A stretch of DNA of 64,000 bases from IMG/VR virus record IMGVR_UViG_3300011815_000001; one strand, given 5' to 3'. The position numbers and the translations under genes were made by a program. The stretch is from an uncultured virus (IMG/VR IMGVR_UViG_3300011815_000001). Its lineage: Duplodnaviria > Heunggongvirae > Uroviricota > Caudoviricetes. Positions 37,417 to 47,615 of this stretch are shown here, piece after piece (within the stretch, counting starts at the first letter, position 1; every line of letters begins with the position of its first letter). The notes under the pieces were generated by a model. It did no database searches. It was not told the origin of the DNA and saw only the letters and a program-made list of their open reading frames with translations.

Positions 37417-39966
37417 TCATTCAATAATAATTCCAATAGTCTCCGTAAATCCACTTGAATCCACATCGACATATTGCAATATTCCATCTGACCACGAATT
37501 GTCTGTGACTAAATTTAATTCCCATTCATTTTTTAAACGCATCTTACCATCAAATGTTATATTTTCATTCGGTTCAAAATCTGTAGCATCTGAATTGTCA
37601 AATGATACTTGATACTGAACAACATTATTTGCACCCGACACATATTCAATAATTTGCGTTAATATATCATTTGGATTGATGGGAGTTGTTAATTCTACAT
37701 TTATGCTATATGGTGCTGTGACATTTAATTTCGGCAATGTTTTAACGCTACCTTCAACAGTGATATTTTGTATGAATGGTATTTTATCAATCATTTCTTT
37801 TAGCTGTGAAGATGCTGATGTAATCACACCTTTATTCGCTAGGTTGTTAGCAAAATCTTTTTTTAGTAATTGTATTTTACTCTTTATCTGCATTGCTGTG
37901 TCGCTATTATCTAAAGGTGAGCCAACAGCACTTACGACACTTGATTTTATGTTATTGGCATATGTAAAAAGTTCTACGAGAACATCTTCAACAAAAGATG
38001 AATTGAATAAGTTATTAGAGTCTAATATTTGTATTTGACTGGCTGTTAAGTTATCATGTAGTGTTCCATTTTTTTTTCTTAGAATTTTAACTACTCCATA
38101 GTGTGAATAGTCACCAATATGGGAATCACTTATTGACCATATATTAGCATTTTTTATAGGAGTATTTTTAATTAAAAAAGAATATGACTTACCTAAAATT
38201 AAAACATCATCAACTTTAATATCTATCTCTAAATTATTTGGTTGAATAGCTATACTATTGCTATCTATCGAAATAATACTTCCAAGCGTAATTAAATCAT
38301 AATTTTTAAAGTCACGCTCTATTACAAGTTCAGTATTAGACACTCTTTCTGCTATAATATCGGCTATAAAATTATAACCACTGTCACTTGGATGAATAGC
38401 GTCCAACATTAACGGATTCGAAGATAATGACTTTCTTCCAAAAATTAAACTTTGTATATCAATAACATCTACTCTTGCGCTATAATCTTTGAATGACTGA
38501 TATATCTCCCATAATTGATCGCTGTATTCTTGTGATTTTGAAATAGGTGAAATATGATTCTTAGAATCAACTGTCAAGAAAGTATTTGGTGTTCTTAAAA
38601 GAATGTATCCAGAGGTTTCACTAAGTAACCTATCGATAGCTATCTTTAAATCGTCTTTAATCTGTTGAAATGTCCGTGCTCCCATTCTAATGTCATTGAT
38701 ACCATAGCAGAGTACATATAAGTCTGCCTGTTCAGCTATTATTGTATTTATATTATACTTAGTTAAAGTACCATTAATAAATTGATTTAACCTTCCTCCG
38801 CTAACTCCTCTATTTATTACTGTAGCACCTTCTAGTAACCCCCCGATTTTTGTATAATAATCTGAAAATCTATTGTACATAGCAGGTGCCGCTTCACTAG
38901 TACTATCTCCTACCATTATAATTTTTTTACCGTTTTTAAATTGTTTATAGAAATCAAAAATAGAAGAGGATGTAGAACCTGATTGACTTATTGAATCAAG
39001 TTTTATTTTATCTGTTGAACTCATTAGTCCATTTGTATTAATTGTTGCTATATTTATAGTAGCTTTAGAGTTCCATTCTAATATTTGCTCATCAGTAACA
39101 AAACGATTGTTTACATCTTGCTCTATGATTGTTGCAGGATGAGTAGAGGGGTGAATATAATTGTTTGCACCTTCTTCTATTCCAAATAATTTAGTACGCT
39201 CATCAGATGTCATTACTTTTTTGGTAGTTGATTCAATAATATTGTCAGCAGAAATGTCATCACTGCTACCACCACTCACTATATCTACGTATTCATGTGT
39301 ATTTGCAGTCGAATTCCATTGCAAAATCTTTTTATCAGCTTTACTTGTCTGATCTATATCGGACAAATCTGACAATCTGTGACTATGTAAAATATCTGAC
39401 TTATTGCTTAAATCAGATTGCTTTGCATAAAAACTAGGTAATTGACCTCCTAATTTATCTGAATCATTTACTACTCCATCATCATTAGAGTCGTAAAATG
39501 ATTTAGACATCTTGTTTAGCAATTCTTTATTGTTGTTCTCAATTTGACTTTTTTCTAATAAAGTTACGAACTTTTTATCAATAGTTTCTATTACTTTATT
39601 AGCAGAAATTGTATCAATAACTCCACCAGTCGCAATGTCTAAGCTTTCGCCCTCACCAGTTTTAATCCATTCATTATTTAGTGCTATATATTGCGCCCAA
39701 CCAGAATTAACAGTGCTATCTAAAGTTGCATCAATTACAAAAACAATAAATCCATCTTTTTTATCAAGTGAGTCACGTTCAACTATATTTTGTGCAAATT
39801 TAATCTCACTTCCGCTAGTGATTGGAGTCCATTCTTTTGTATCTTGATTGAACATTTTTATTATAGGTGTACTTGTTGAAGTATCAACCCATTGTGAATT
39901 TATATTAGTAGGTGGAGATTCTGATTTAATTACTCCACTTCCTATAAAGCGTCTAACGAATCCCAT
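37417..39966 (-). CDS. Fibre-like protein with SGNH/GDSL hydrolase domain
   Basis: GDS, NRGVSG, YGIND and DAIHP blocks; fibre motifs HPSTHPA and GLMSSTDKIKLD. Confidence 0.75.
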   Translation of the reverse strand: MGFVRRFIGSGVIKSESPPTNINSQWVDTSTSTPIIKMFNQDTKEWTPITSGSEIKFAQNIVERDSLDKKDGFIVFVIDATLDSTVNSGWAQYIALNNEWIKTGEGESLDIATGGVIDTISANKVIETIDKKFVTLLEKSQIENNNKELLNKMSKSFYDSNDDGVVNDSDKLGGQLPSFYAKQSDLSNKSDILHSHRLSDLSDIDQTSKADKKILQWNSTANTHEYVDIVSGGSSDDISADNIIESTTKKVMTSDERTKLFGIEEGANNYIHPSTHPATIIEQDVNNRFVTDEQILEWNSKATINIATINTNGLMSSTDKIKLDSISQSGSTSSSIFDFYKQFKNGKKIIMVGDSTSEAAPAMYNRFSDYYTKIGGLLEGATVINRGVSGGRLNQFINGTLTKYNINTIIAEQADLYVLCYGINDIRMGARTFQQIKDDLKIAIDRLLSETSGYILLRTPNTFLTVDSKNHISPISKSQEYSDQLWEIYQSFKDYSARVDVIDIQSLIFGRKSLSSNPLMLDAIHPSDSGYNFIADIIAERVSNTELVIERDFKNYDLITLGSIISIDSNSIAIQPNNLEIDIKVDDVLILGKSYSFLIKNTPIKNANIWSISDSHIGDYSHYGVVKILRKKNGTLHDNLTASQIQILDSNNLFNSSFVEDVLVELFTYANNIKSSVVSAVGSPLDNSDTAMQIKSKIQLLKKDFANNLANKGVITSASSQLKEMIDKIPFIQNITVEGSVKTLPKLNVTAPYSINVELTTPINPNDILTQIIEYVSGANNVVQYQVSFDNSDATDFEPNENITFDGKMRLKNEWELNLVTDNSWSDGILQYVDVDSSGFTETIGIIIE

Positions 39967-39996
39967 TTAATATATCTCCTTTCTATGTATATGAGA

Positions 39997-40275
39997 TTAA
40001 TACTCTGCTATCCATGTAAATGTTACATCGGGAGTTTCAATGATAAACGAATGAATAGGCTCACTTTTTAAATCAGCTTTAAAACCAAATCCTAAACGAA
40101 TAAACACTTTAGTTTTACCATTAATGATAACTGTAGCGTCTTGGTCGTTTGCCCATTCAAATCTTCCACACATATAGCCCGAAGTCCAATTTACAGGTGG
40201 AGAAGGTATAACTTCTTCATTTACTTTTGATGTTTGTAATTCTTGACTACCTAAATACCCATTTCCAGTGTACAT
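39997..40275 (-). CDS. Hypothetical protein
   Basis: RBS AAGGAGG before ATG 40275. Confidence 0.7.
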   Translation of the reverse strand: MYTGNGYLGSQELQTSKVNEEVIPSPPVNWTSGYMCGRFEWANDQDATVIINGKTKVFIRLGFGFKADLKSEPIHSFIIETPDVTFTWIAEY

Positions 40276-40401
40276 ATGTCTTCCTCCTTCATTTTCATTA
40301 AAATCCATAAAAGTAAGAAAAAATTTCTGTGAAACAATTGTTGTTTAAGTGGCTATTTAAGCACCTTTAAAAAATCAAAATGTTTCACAGAAACGTAAAT
40401 T

Positions 40402-40429
40402 TTCCAATCAAAGTCGAATTTTATTCGGA
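40402..40429. repeat. 11-6-11 imperfect palindrome, copy 3
   Basis: TTCCAATCAAA-GTCGAA-TTTTATTCGGA. Confidence 0.7.
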
Positions 40430-40462
40430 TTTAATTTATGCAATAATTATGTAATATAAATT

Positions 40463-41668
40463 TTATTTACCTTTATTAATACGGTTATTAAGTAAGAATG
40501 CATCAGCTAAAGTCATTTCTCCAGACTTGGCTTGTTCAATCCATTTCTTATCTGTAAATACTCCGTCCTTATAAGCTTGCTCTAATTCTCTAACAAATTC
40601 ATTTCGTAATGTTGCAGATGTAGCGTCTTTTAACAATTTAATCACTCTTTCTTCTTTATTATTAGATGACAATGTGGAAGATGGAGGTGGATTATTTATT
40701 TTCCCATTCAATATATCTAGTTGCGTTTGAACACGTTTAAGGAAACTATTCCATCCATTCGTCTTATCTAAAATTCTGTGAGGACAATATTTTTTTGACC
40801 ATGATTGGTGAGTTCTAACTCTGTCAATCTTCCATCCTCGCTCATGTAGCATCTTAGCAACCAAGTGAACCGCATTTTCTTCAGCTTTCTCATATCTAGC
40901 TCCACCTGATTTTGAATAGCAGATTTCAATCCCGATAGATTTCATGTTTCCATTACCTTTACCATCTCCACAATGCCAAGCATTTCGGTTAAGGGGAATA
41001 ACTTCTATAGCTTCTTTATCATCAATTGCAATGTGATATGAAACTTGATTGTTATTCCTATTGTGATATGAAACTTCATTCTGAGCGGAAGCATCGTTCG
41101 CTGTATTATGAACTGTGATATACTCAGCTTTCATACTGTACGGACATTTAATTTTGTATTTTGCAGACGAGACATGTATTTTCTTGTATGTATAGTTCAT
41201 ATTATTACCTCCATTTATATTAGTAGGAGTCATAAAAAGCTCGGTTTCTTCTTTACGTCTTTTGACTAATCCTTGTAGAACTTTCCCATTTGCTTTATTG
41301 TAAAGATTCATAACCCTAATAGCGTTGATCCAGTCTTGGTTGTTAATATAATTAGCTAGCGCTTTATTTTTTGATAAAATGTGCTTACCTAAGTTATATT
41401 GAAAACATGCTAAAGCGTCGAATTGATTTTGATTTAAAGGAATATTAATACAAGAGGGGATAGTTGAAGAATGTTCATTAACTTGCTTTTCAAGTAGTAA
41501 TTGGGCATCTGATTGAGAAATCGCATCTCCTTTTTTCACAGGTAGCCCATTAGCTTTTATGGTGCTCCCATATCCATATGTCCATTTACCACCCTCACAA
41601 ATATAAGCATCCGAATAAAATCCTTCATACTTTTTAATTAAGTCTAATCCTCTTTGAGAAATTTTCAT
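40463..41668 (-). CDS. Endolysin: GH24 lysozyme fused to Amidase_2 (XlyA-like)
   Basis: IKKYEG..AY....KWTYGYG, QFDAL, GLVKRR; ITVHNTANDASA, AWHCGDG, GIEICYS, CPH. Confidence 0.9.
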   Translation of the reverse strand: MKISQRGLDLIKKYEGFYSDAYICEGGKWTYGYGSTIKANGLPVKKGDAISQSDAQLLLEKQVNEHSSTIPSCINIPLNQNQFDALACFQYNLGKHILSKNKALANYINNQDWINAIRVMNLYNKANGKVLQGLVKRRKEETELFMTPTNINGGNNMNYTYKKIHVSSAKYKIKCPYSMKAEYITVHNTANDASAQNEVSYHNRNNNQVSYHIAIDDKEAIEVIPLNRNAWHCGDGKGNGNMKSIGIEICYSKSGGARYEKAEENAVHLVAKMLHERGWKIDRVRTHQSWSKKYCPHRILDKTNGWNSFLKRVQTQLDILNGKINNPPPSSTLSSNNKEERVIKLLKDATSATLRNEFVRELEQAYKDGVFTDKKWIEQAKSGEMTLADAFLLNNRINKGK

Positions 41669-42000
41669 TTAGAATTTTCCTTATTAGATAATGTCTCCTT
41701 CATAACAATTAAAGCCTCATCAATTAATTTCTCAATTGTATCTTTACTGATAAATTTTGCTAATAAGCCGTATTCTGAGATTAGTTTTTGATATACTTCT
41801 GAAAATTTAATATAACCTAAACCTTTATCTGTCCATGTTAATTCAGCCTGAACAACTGCCTCAAGAAGCCAAATTTTAATTAACTCTTGACGTTTTTCTG
41901 AAGGGGAAGTGAAGAATTTATAAATGTTATAACCTACACCAAAAATCACTAGAATAATAAAAATAATTAACTCAACGTTTGCTAATAATAATTCGATCAT
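41665..42000 (-). CDS. Holin-like protein (LL-H-like)
   Basis: N-terminal TM segment, AVVQAE...G..K; overlaps the endolysin start. Confidence 0.7.
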   Translation of the reverse strand: MIELLLANVELIIFIILVIFGVGYNIYKFFTSPSEKRQELIKIWLLEAVVQAELTWTDKGLGYIKFSEVYQKLISEYGLLAKFISKDTIEKLIDEALIVMKETLSNKENSK

Positions 42001-42380
42001 ACAATATCCTCCTCATCTTTATTGATTTCTTCTCCCATATAAACCTTTTGTTCTTGTTCGGAATTGTTATTGGATTTACGGTTAACTACTGTAGTTGCAA
42101 TTTTGCCTGCAAACAAACCACCAATAATAGTTGTGACAGGAATATCAAGTACTCTAATTAAATCAATATACTTGTCAGGTAGCTCGAATCCTAAAAACAT
42201 GCCCAATCCCGTAATCACTAAGCCAATTCCAATTCCTCCAAAGAATACTAACGAAGTTAAAACTATCATTAAGTCCTGTTGTGAGAATCCATCGGAATCA
42301 TTCTTCCAAAAGTAAATCCTACCATTTTCATCAATCTCAGCTTTAACTTTCTTCTTTTTGTTACCAAACATTTCTCTCAC
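41997..42380 (-). CDS. Two-TM membrane protein in the lysis cassette
   Basis: Two hydrophobic helices; gene context. Confidence 0.6.
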   Translation of the reverse strand: MREMFGNKKKKVKAEIDENGRIYFWKNDSDGFSQQDLMIVLTSLVFFGGIGIGLVITGLGMFLGFELPDKYIDLIRVLDIPVTTIIGGLFAGKIATTVVNRKSNNNSEQEQKVYMGEEINKDEEDIV

Positions 42381-42475
42381 ATCCTATTGAAATATTCACC
42401 AACTTTATGATATATTAATAAATGAGATGCGATGATTCCTCACTTGCTAAAGATGTCTCATTTAGCATCTCAATT

Positions 42476-42898
42476 CTATAATCCCGATTTATAAAGAAAA
42501 TATGCTCCCAAAAGTAGGGTAGGTAGTCCAAACAGCATCCAAGTAATCCACTTCTTTAAATGTTCACTTATAGAAATTTTGTCCTTCTCACTATTTTCTT
42601 CTACTGCAACCTCGATTTTATCCACACGATTATTTACATTATCAATAGATTCTTTTAACTTTTCCTGATTAACATTCAGAGCTGTCAAATTAGTGTTTAT
42701 TTGTACAAACGTTTGCTCCATATTCTCAAGCCGAATATCTTGTTTCTTATTCATTTCTGTTTGTTGCTCAAGGAGTAATTCCATCCTACCTAGGATAGCT
42801 GTACTGTCCTCTAGTTTATCTACTTTTTTCTCGATGTTATCAACTCTAGTGGATAATACACCAATTGCTACTTTTTCTTCTGTCATAGTTAGCCACAC
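42476..42898 (-). CDS. XhlA-like coiled-coil plus C-terminal TM lysis protein
   Basis: Coiled coil followed by a C-terminal TM segment; first gene of the lysis cassette. Confidence 0.6.
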   Translation of the reverse strand: MWLTMTEEKVAIGVLSTRVDNIEKKVDKLEDSTAILGRMELLLEQQTEMNKKQDIRLENMEQTFVQINTNLTALNVNQEKLKESIDNVNNRVDKIEVAVEENSEKDKISISEHLKKWITWMLFGLPTLLLGAYFLYKSGL

Positions 42899-43094
42899 AT
42901 CCTTATTGGATAATCTCTCCTTTTCTCAATAATAAAAAGAGGGGAGAAATAATATTCTCACCCTCAGTTATGTAATAAATTTCAAATTTTCTTCAATAAA
43001 ACTACTTTGCCCACAATATTCCTAAATAACGACAAATAAACACTTCATCTAACTAAAGTGCGTGTTGGTATATCAACGTTTCGAAGACCTAAAA

Positions 43095-43122
43095 TTCCAA
43101 TAAAACCAGTCTTTTATTTGGA
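43095..43122. repeat. 11-6-11 imperfect palindrome, copy 4
   Basis: TTCCAATAAAA-CCAGTC-TTTTATTTGGA; overlaps the stop of the 43114..43584 gene. Confidence 0.7.
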
Positions 43123-43584
43123 GTCATAATTCAATACATTATTCTTAGATTCTAAGAAATTATACAACTCGTTAGGTGTACAATTTATGTTCTCACTATA
43201 TTCAGTCTCTGTTATATAATTAATATCAAGGAGCAATCTTAGCACCAATTCACTACATATGTATTTAGAACGATTATTGATTATCTTACGTCCAAAAAGG
43301 CGATTTAGAAGGGTAGTTAACACTTGAATATAGTCATACTTGATATCCACCAATTTAATTGCAGAATCAGAGACTAATTGGATATGAGTATCTGTTAGGT
43401 TTAATCTAATTACATCATAATCAATAAAATTATTTTTAGTAATCCTAGATTTAGTAAACCTTTGAGCCTCAATTATAACTTCATTAGATAGTAAGATTGC
43501 AATATGTGAGTACGTTCCATCTATTCGGTTAATAATTTTACTTACCCAACTGTTGCCACGAACAAATAAAATATCACCTCTCAT
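43114..43584 (-). CDS. Permuted papain-like NlpC/P60 (YiiX/YebB-like) protein
   Basis: GDILF, SHIAI, YDY, CSELV and TP motifs. Confidence 0.8.
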   Translation of the reverse strand: MRGDILFVRGNSWVSKIINRIDGTYSHIAILLSNEVIIEAQRFTKSRITKNNFIDYDVIRLNLTDTHIQLVSDSAIKLVDIKYDYIQVLTTLLNRLFGRKIINNRSKYICSELVLRLLLDINYITETEYSENINCTPNELYNFLESKNNVLNYDSK

Positions 43585-43590
43585 GACTTA

Positions 43591-44256
43591 TTACCAATTA
43601 ATTGAATCAATTGTTCTAATATCTGATGCACCAATTACTTGTGATTCTAATTGCCAATATTTATTTTGCTGAGACACTTTATGATTTGTGGCATCATTAA
43701 TTATCTGATTGAATTCAGCGACTGTTAATTCAATAACTCCTAAATTTTTAGTTTTCCAATAGATAGGTGAAGTGTAATTACCTCCAGTTGAAACCACTAA
43801 TAAAGTTTGTTGTGTCATATTATTCTGGTCATGCGTATTGAAGCCAAATTCTAATGTTACATTTTCTTTAATTACTGTAGAAACAAACCCTTCATAAATT
43901 GACTGTTCACATAAATATTTCAACTGTTCAATCTTAGCTTGACGTAAATCCTCAATTAAAATATCACTTTTATTTAATAGCAAATACTTCTCGTCTGCGT
44001 TTAAAAGTTTATTTTGTATTTCTATGTACTTTTCATTTACCATTGTAGATTCATCAATATTATTTTTTATATAAGTAATAACTTCAACTTCTGATGCACT
44101 AATAGGCAATTCAATTTTACTTATATCAATTCTACGTTCTTCTCCATCCACCTCGAAAAATACAGAACGTTTTACAAAATGCTCTGGAATACGACGTGTT
44201 ACGCCTCCGTCATTCGCTTTATACTGTAACTTGCTACTTGTAATTATAATATTCAT
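43591..44256 (-). CDS. Tail fibre-associated protein (DUF4376-like)
   Basis: CEQSIYEGF, DQNN, WKT, C-terminal IDSINW; follows the fibre gene. Confidence 0.6.
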   Translation of the reverse strand: MNIIITSSKLQYKANDGGVTRRIPEHFVKRSVFFEVDGEERRIDISKIELPISASEVEVITYIKNNIDESTMVNEKYIEIQNKLLNADEKYLLLNKSDILIEDLRQAKIEQLKYLCEQSIYEGFVSTVIKENVTLEFGFNTHDQNNMTQQTLLVVSTGGNYTSPIYWKTKNLGVIELTVAEFNQIINDATNHKVSQQNKYWQLESQVIGASDIRTIDSINW

Positions 44257-47200
44257 GATACTACCTCCGTTAAATATTCTTCTTCTGCAATAATTTCATC
44301 GTCTTCAAATACATAGGTTTCTCCAAGCCACGATTCTCCAACTTCTCTTTCAACACCTTTAATATCCCACGACTGAACAGAATCGTGATCGTCGTTACGT
44401 GTACCGATGACAAGAACTTTGTAAGACCCTGCTAACTCACATGTAACATAAAGAGTGTCGTTTTCCACTCTACCGAACGCGCGACCGAAATGACCGTCAC
44501 CGTTTACCCAAACGTCAATGTCTTTGTTTAAATAAAGGAAATAGTCTGGGAGTTGCAGTTCAACTGTCCCTCTGTCTGATAACGCTTCAACCGTATATCT
44601 ATAAAGGTTATCGCCTGCTGTCGGACTTTCCACCACACCATGGCGGATAACGTGAGAGTGCTTTTTGTCGGGGTGAGGGTGCGCCATTTCGAATTGTTTC
44701 GCCCCTGCTACTGAAAATGTCCCAGCGACCTTTACCGCTGATTGCGATGTACCTAATATAAATTCGTTAGTATTTAAGGAAACTGCGCTAATTCCAATTG
44801 CCACAGAACTATCCCCTGTCGCTCTGGCATTAAGACCTACTGCTGTTCCACCATTGCCGACTTCAACTCTCCCCCCTATACCAGTTCCGTTTGCTTTATT
44901 TATCACATTCTTTGCTTCAGTTCCAACCAATACTGTGTAAGCTGTTTCACTATTATTGATGGCTTCTCTACCTATAACAACCGAGTATTGGTTATTATTT
45001 GATGCACTAACACCAATTCTTACCGCTTCGAGCCTATCATTAACAGTCTTTACTACATTTGCTGTAGCGGCTTGTATTGTACTTGTGCTTGTAAGAGTAT
45101 TGTTAAGAGATGGTATCTGACCTCTAACAGTATTAATTGCGCTGGAAGTTGCGGCTGTCGTCGAGCTTGTACTAGTTGTTGAAGTGCTTAATTGAACTAT
45201 ACCTTTTTGAGAGGTTGATGCATCAGGAATTGCTCCTCCGCTAGAGCTAATCTTTCCATCTGTGTCTATAGTGATTGTAGTGCCATCCACCATGACATGA
45301 CCTAATTCCGTTGTAGAGGCAATTCCACTCTTATGTGTATTTACATCTCCCGTTAAAATATCTATTTTATCTGAAATTACTTTACCTTGATTTGCTGATA
45401 ATGCCGAAGTAGTGGAAGTGGATGTTAGGGAATCTTCTAATTGAACAATGCCTTTTGTAGTAGTCGATGCATCAGGGACAGATTGTAAGGCAGTTTCTGC
45501 TTTATTTAGTGAAGTTTGGACTGATGAATTCAAGTCGGTCAACGGAACACCTGTTGATGGTTTTACATATTTCCTATCTAATTCAGTTTGCAATCCTGTA
45601 ACTTGAGAAATTGGATGACTATGAGTAGAAGGATTGAATGTAGTAGGTTTGTTTATTAAATCATTATAGCTACCACTAAATCCTTGAATAGTAACGTCGC
45701 CAATTTGACCATTTACAGAAGTAACCTTATTAACTTGTGCTCCTGATTCAATTGCATTTAATTTATTTTTCTCGGCAGTAGTGTAATCATTAGTAGAAAG
45801 CCCTTTTCCTGATACCTTATCAACTTTATTAGAAAGTTTAGAATCTGAATTAGCTACAGTCTCTAGCCCTGTGATTGCACCAATAGAACCGTTCACAGAA
45901 GTAACTGAACCTACAACCTGATTCTTATATTTCAATTGTCCCGCATCATCAGTCAATCCATCTAGTACAGCTTTATTAGTGTGTGTGATGACGTTACCGA
46001 TTGCATCTGGAGCAAAACCATCGACCATAGTAATTGCGTCACCTAAGTCAAGTGTCACATTTCCATCAACATCAGGGAAAATTCCATTTATCGAACTTAC
46101 GCTACCTTCACCATCAGTGCCTCGTTGAGCAACTAATCTCCACCAAGTATTCTCAGTAACAGGTAGAGTAGGAAGGGGATTTAACTGTGTATCAACCAAT
46201 GCAATAAAAGTAGAACCATTGCTAAGTACTAAATTATTTTTCTTGTAGGCTTGACCTAATGTGAAAGTGCCCGTTGAAACAGTGTTATTTGCAATTAATT
46301 GTGCCGCACTAGTAGCTGTGATCGCATTAGTCGTAGCAGTTTCAGCGTTTGCAATAGCAGTCAATGTATCGTTTTTAGCTAGGTTAGCTTCATTAGTAGC
46401 GGTAATTGCATTTACTGTTGCAGTATTTGCATCTAGAGTTGCTTGCTCTGTAGCTTCTTTTGTCAATAGAGTATCTGTTTTAACTTGATTTACACTGTCT
46501 GTGGCATTTTTTGCATTAAGAGTAGCTGTTTCAGCATTAATCTTTGCAATATTTACATTTGCAATTGCTGTAGTAACATCATTAGTAGCTAAGCTTACTG
46601 CTGATTGTGCTTCAGTAATAACTTGATTTGCCTCAGTGATAGTAGTATCCACTTCTGTAATTTTATTATTAAACGTTGCTTGGCGATTAGCTTCACTAGA
46701 TACTCTAGCTGATTCGGCTATTTTACGTGCATCTTCATTGCTAATGCGGGTATCTTCGTCTGTTTTACGTGAAGTTTCGTTTGATATACGTAGAGACTCA
46801 GCATTAGTTCTATCAGCTTCATTTGAAATACGGTTATTCTCATTACTGATGCGTTGAGTCTCATTTGTTTCACGAATCTCTTCTTTTAAAACTGCTTCGT
46901 CCAATAACGCAACCTTTTCATCTATACCTACTAGGGATTCATTAATTTCCATTTCAAGGTTTTTCACTTCTGCAATTAAATCTTGAAGAATACCTATGTA
47001 ACTTAAGTCTTGGTTCTTCATTGAGTCATATATGTGAATTACAAATGGTTGAATTCCCACAAACTCCGTACCCGAATAAATTGATAAGGTAGTCTGCACT
47101 CGTCCAACTTGAGACATTTCTACACCAGTAAAGAAGTATTCAATTAAACCATCATTAGCAAGGGTAGCTTGTCCTAGAATTGACTCTCCACTTGGTAAAC

Positions 47201-47366
47201 GAAATACAATTTCAGCGCGAACAAAGTCGGTTAAGTCATATAGTTTATTATTATTGAATACTTTAAATCTTAATACTGCATTTTCACCTTGTTTAAATGT
47301 AGGTACAATATTAGACATACTTCTTTTTATGTCAACATTAACCGTATATTCATTAGTAAATGCCAT
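44253..47366 (-). CDS. BppU-domain tail fibre / receptor-binding protein
   Basis: N-terminal BppU-like region, coiled coil, VTSVNG and ASTxxKGIVQL fibre repeats, beta-roll region and C-terminal chaperone-like KQFEMAHP...HGVVESP. Confidence 0.82.
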   Translation of the reverse strand: MAFTNEYTVNVDIKRSMSNIVPTFKQGENAVLRFKVFNNNKLYDLTDFVRAEIVFRLPSGESILGQATLANDGLIEYFFTGVEMSQVGRVQTTLSIYSGTEFVGIQPFVIHIYDSMKNQDLSYIGILQDLIAEVKNLEMEINESLVGIDEKVALLDEAVLKEEIRETNETQRISNENNRISNEADRTNAESLRISNETSRKTDEDTRISNEDARKIAESARVSSEANRQATFNNKITEVDTTITEANQVITEAQSAVSLATNDVTTAIANVNIAKINAETATLNAKNATDSVNQVKTDTLLTKEATEQATLDANTATVNAITATNEANLAKNDTLTAIANAETATTNAITATSAAQLIANNTVSTGTFTLGQAYKKNNLVLSNGSTFIALVDTQLNPLPTLPVTENTWWRLVAQRGTDGEGSVSSINGIFPDVDGNVTLDLGDAITMVDGFAPDAIGNVITHTNKAVLDGLTDDAGQLKYKNQVVGSVTSVNGSIGAITGLETVANSDSKLSNKVDKVSGKGLSTNDYTTAEKNKLNAIESGAQVNKVTSVNGQIGDVTIQGFSGSYNDLINKPTTFNPSTHSHPISQVTGLQTELDRKYVKPSTGVPLTDLNSSVQTSLNKAETALQSVPDASTTTKGIVQLEDSLTSTSTTSALSANQGKVISDKIDILTGDVNTHKSGIASTTELGHVMVDGTTITIDTDGKISSSGGAIPDASTSQKGIVQLSTSTTSTSSTTAATSSAINTVRGQIPSLNNTLTSTSTIQAATANVVKTVNDRLEAVRIGVSASNNNQYSVVIGREAINNSETAYTVLVGTEAKNVINKANGTGIGGRVEVGNGGTAVGLNARATGDSSVAIGISAVSLNTNEFILGTSQSAVKVAGTFSVAGAKQFEMAHPHPDKKHSHVIRHGVVESPTAGDNLYRYTVEALSDRGTVELQLPDYFLYLNKDIDVWVNGDGHFGRAFGRVENDTLYVTCELAGSYKVLVIGTRNDDHDSVQSWDIKGVEREVGESWLGETYVFEDDEIIAEEEYLTEVVS

Positions 47367-47404
47367 TTAAATCCTCCTTCAACTAAATTTGAAACAATAT
47401 TAAT

Positions 47405-47578
47405 TTATTTAACTATTATCGTTTCATCTTGGTTATTTTGATTTTCCTGTGCTTTCACTTGATCCGAGTATTGAATTTGAATGGTGTCAATTGTACTGAA
47501 CACTTGAGCATAGGGAAGTTGCGCTAATGCGTTTAAAATTATTTCAATTTGCTGGTCTGATAAATTGTAATTTTTCAA
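47405..47578 (-). CDS. 57 aa hypothetical tail-associated protein
   Basis: Not in the ORF track. RBS AAGGA, TTG start, MKNYNLSDQQIEIILNALAQLPY... Confidence 0.5.
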   Translation of the reverse strand: MKNYNLSDQQIEIILNALAQLPYAQVFSTIDTIQIQYSDQVKAQENQNNQDETIIVK

Positions 47579-47615
47579 ATCAAATCATCCTTTTATTCGT
47601 TTTTTTTATTTAATA

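Noticed and set aside
46300..46900. Repetitive sequence in the tail fibre gene as a DNA repeat element or DGR target
   Set aside because: Reflects protein coiled-coil repeats; no reverse transcriptase or TR/VR pair seen.
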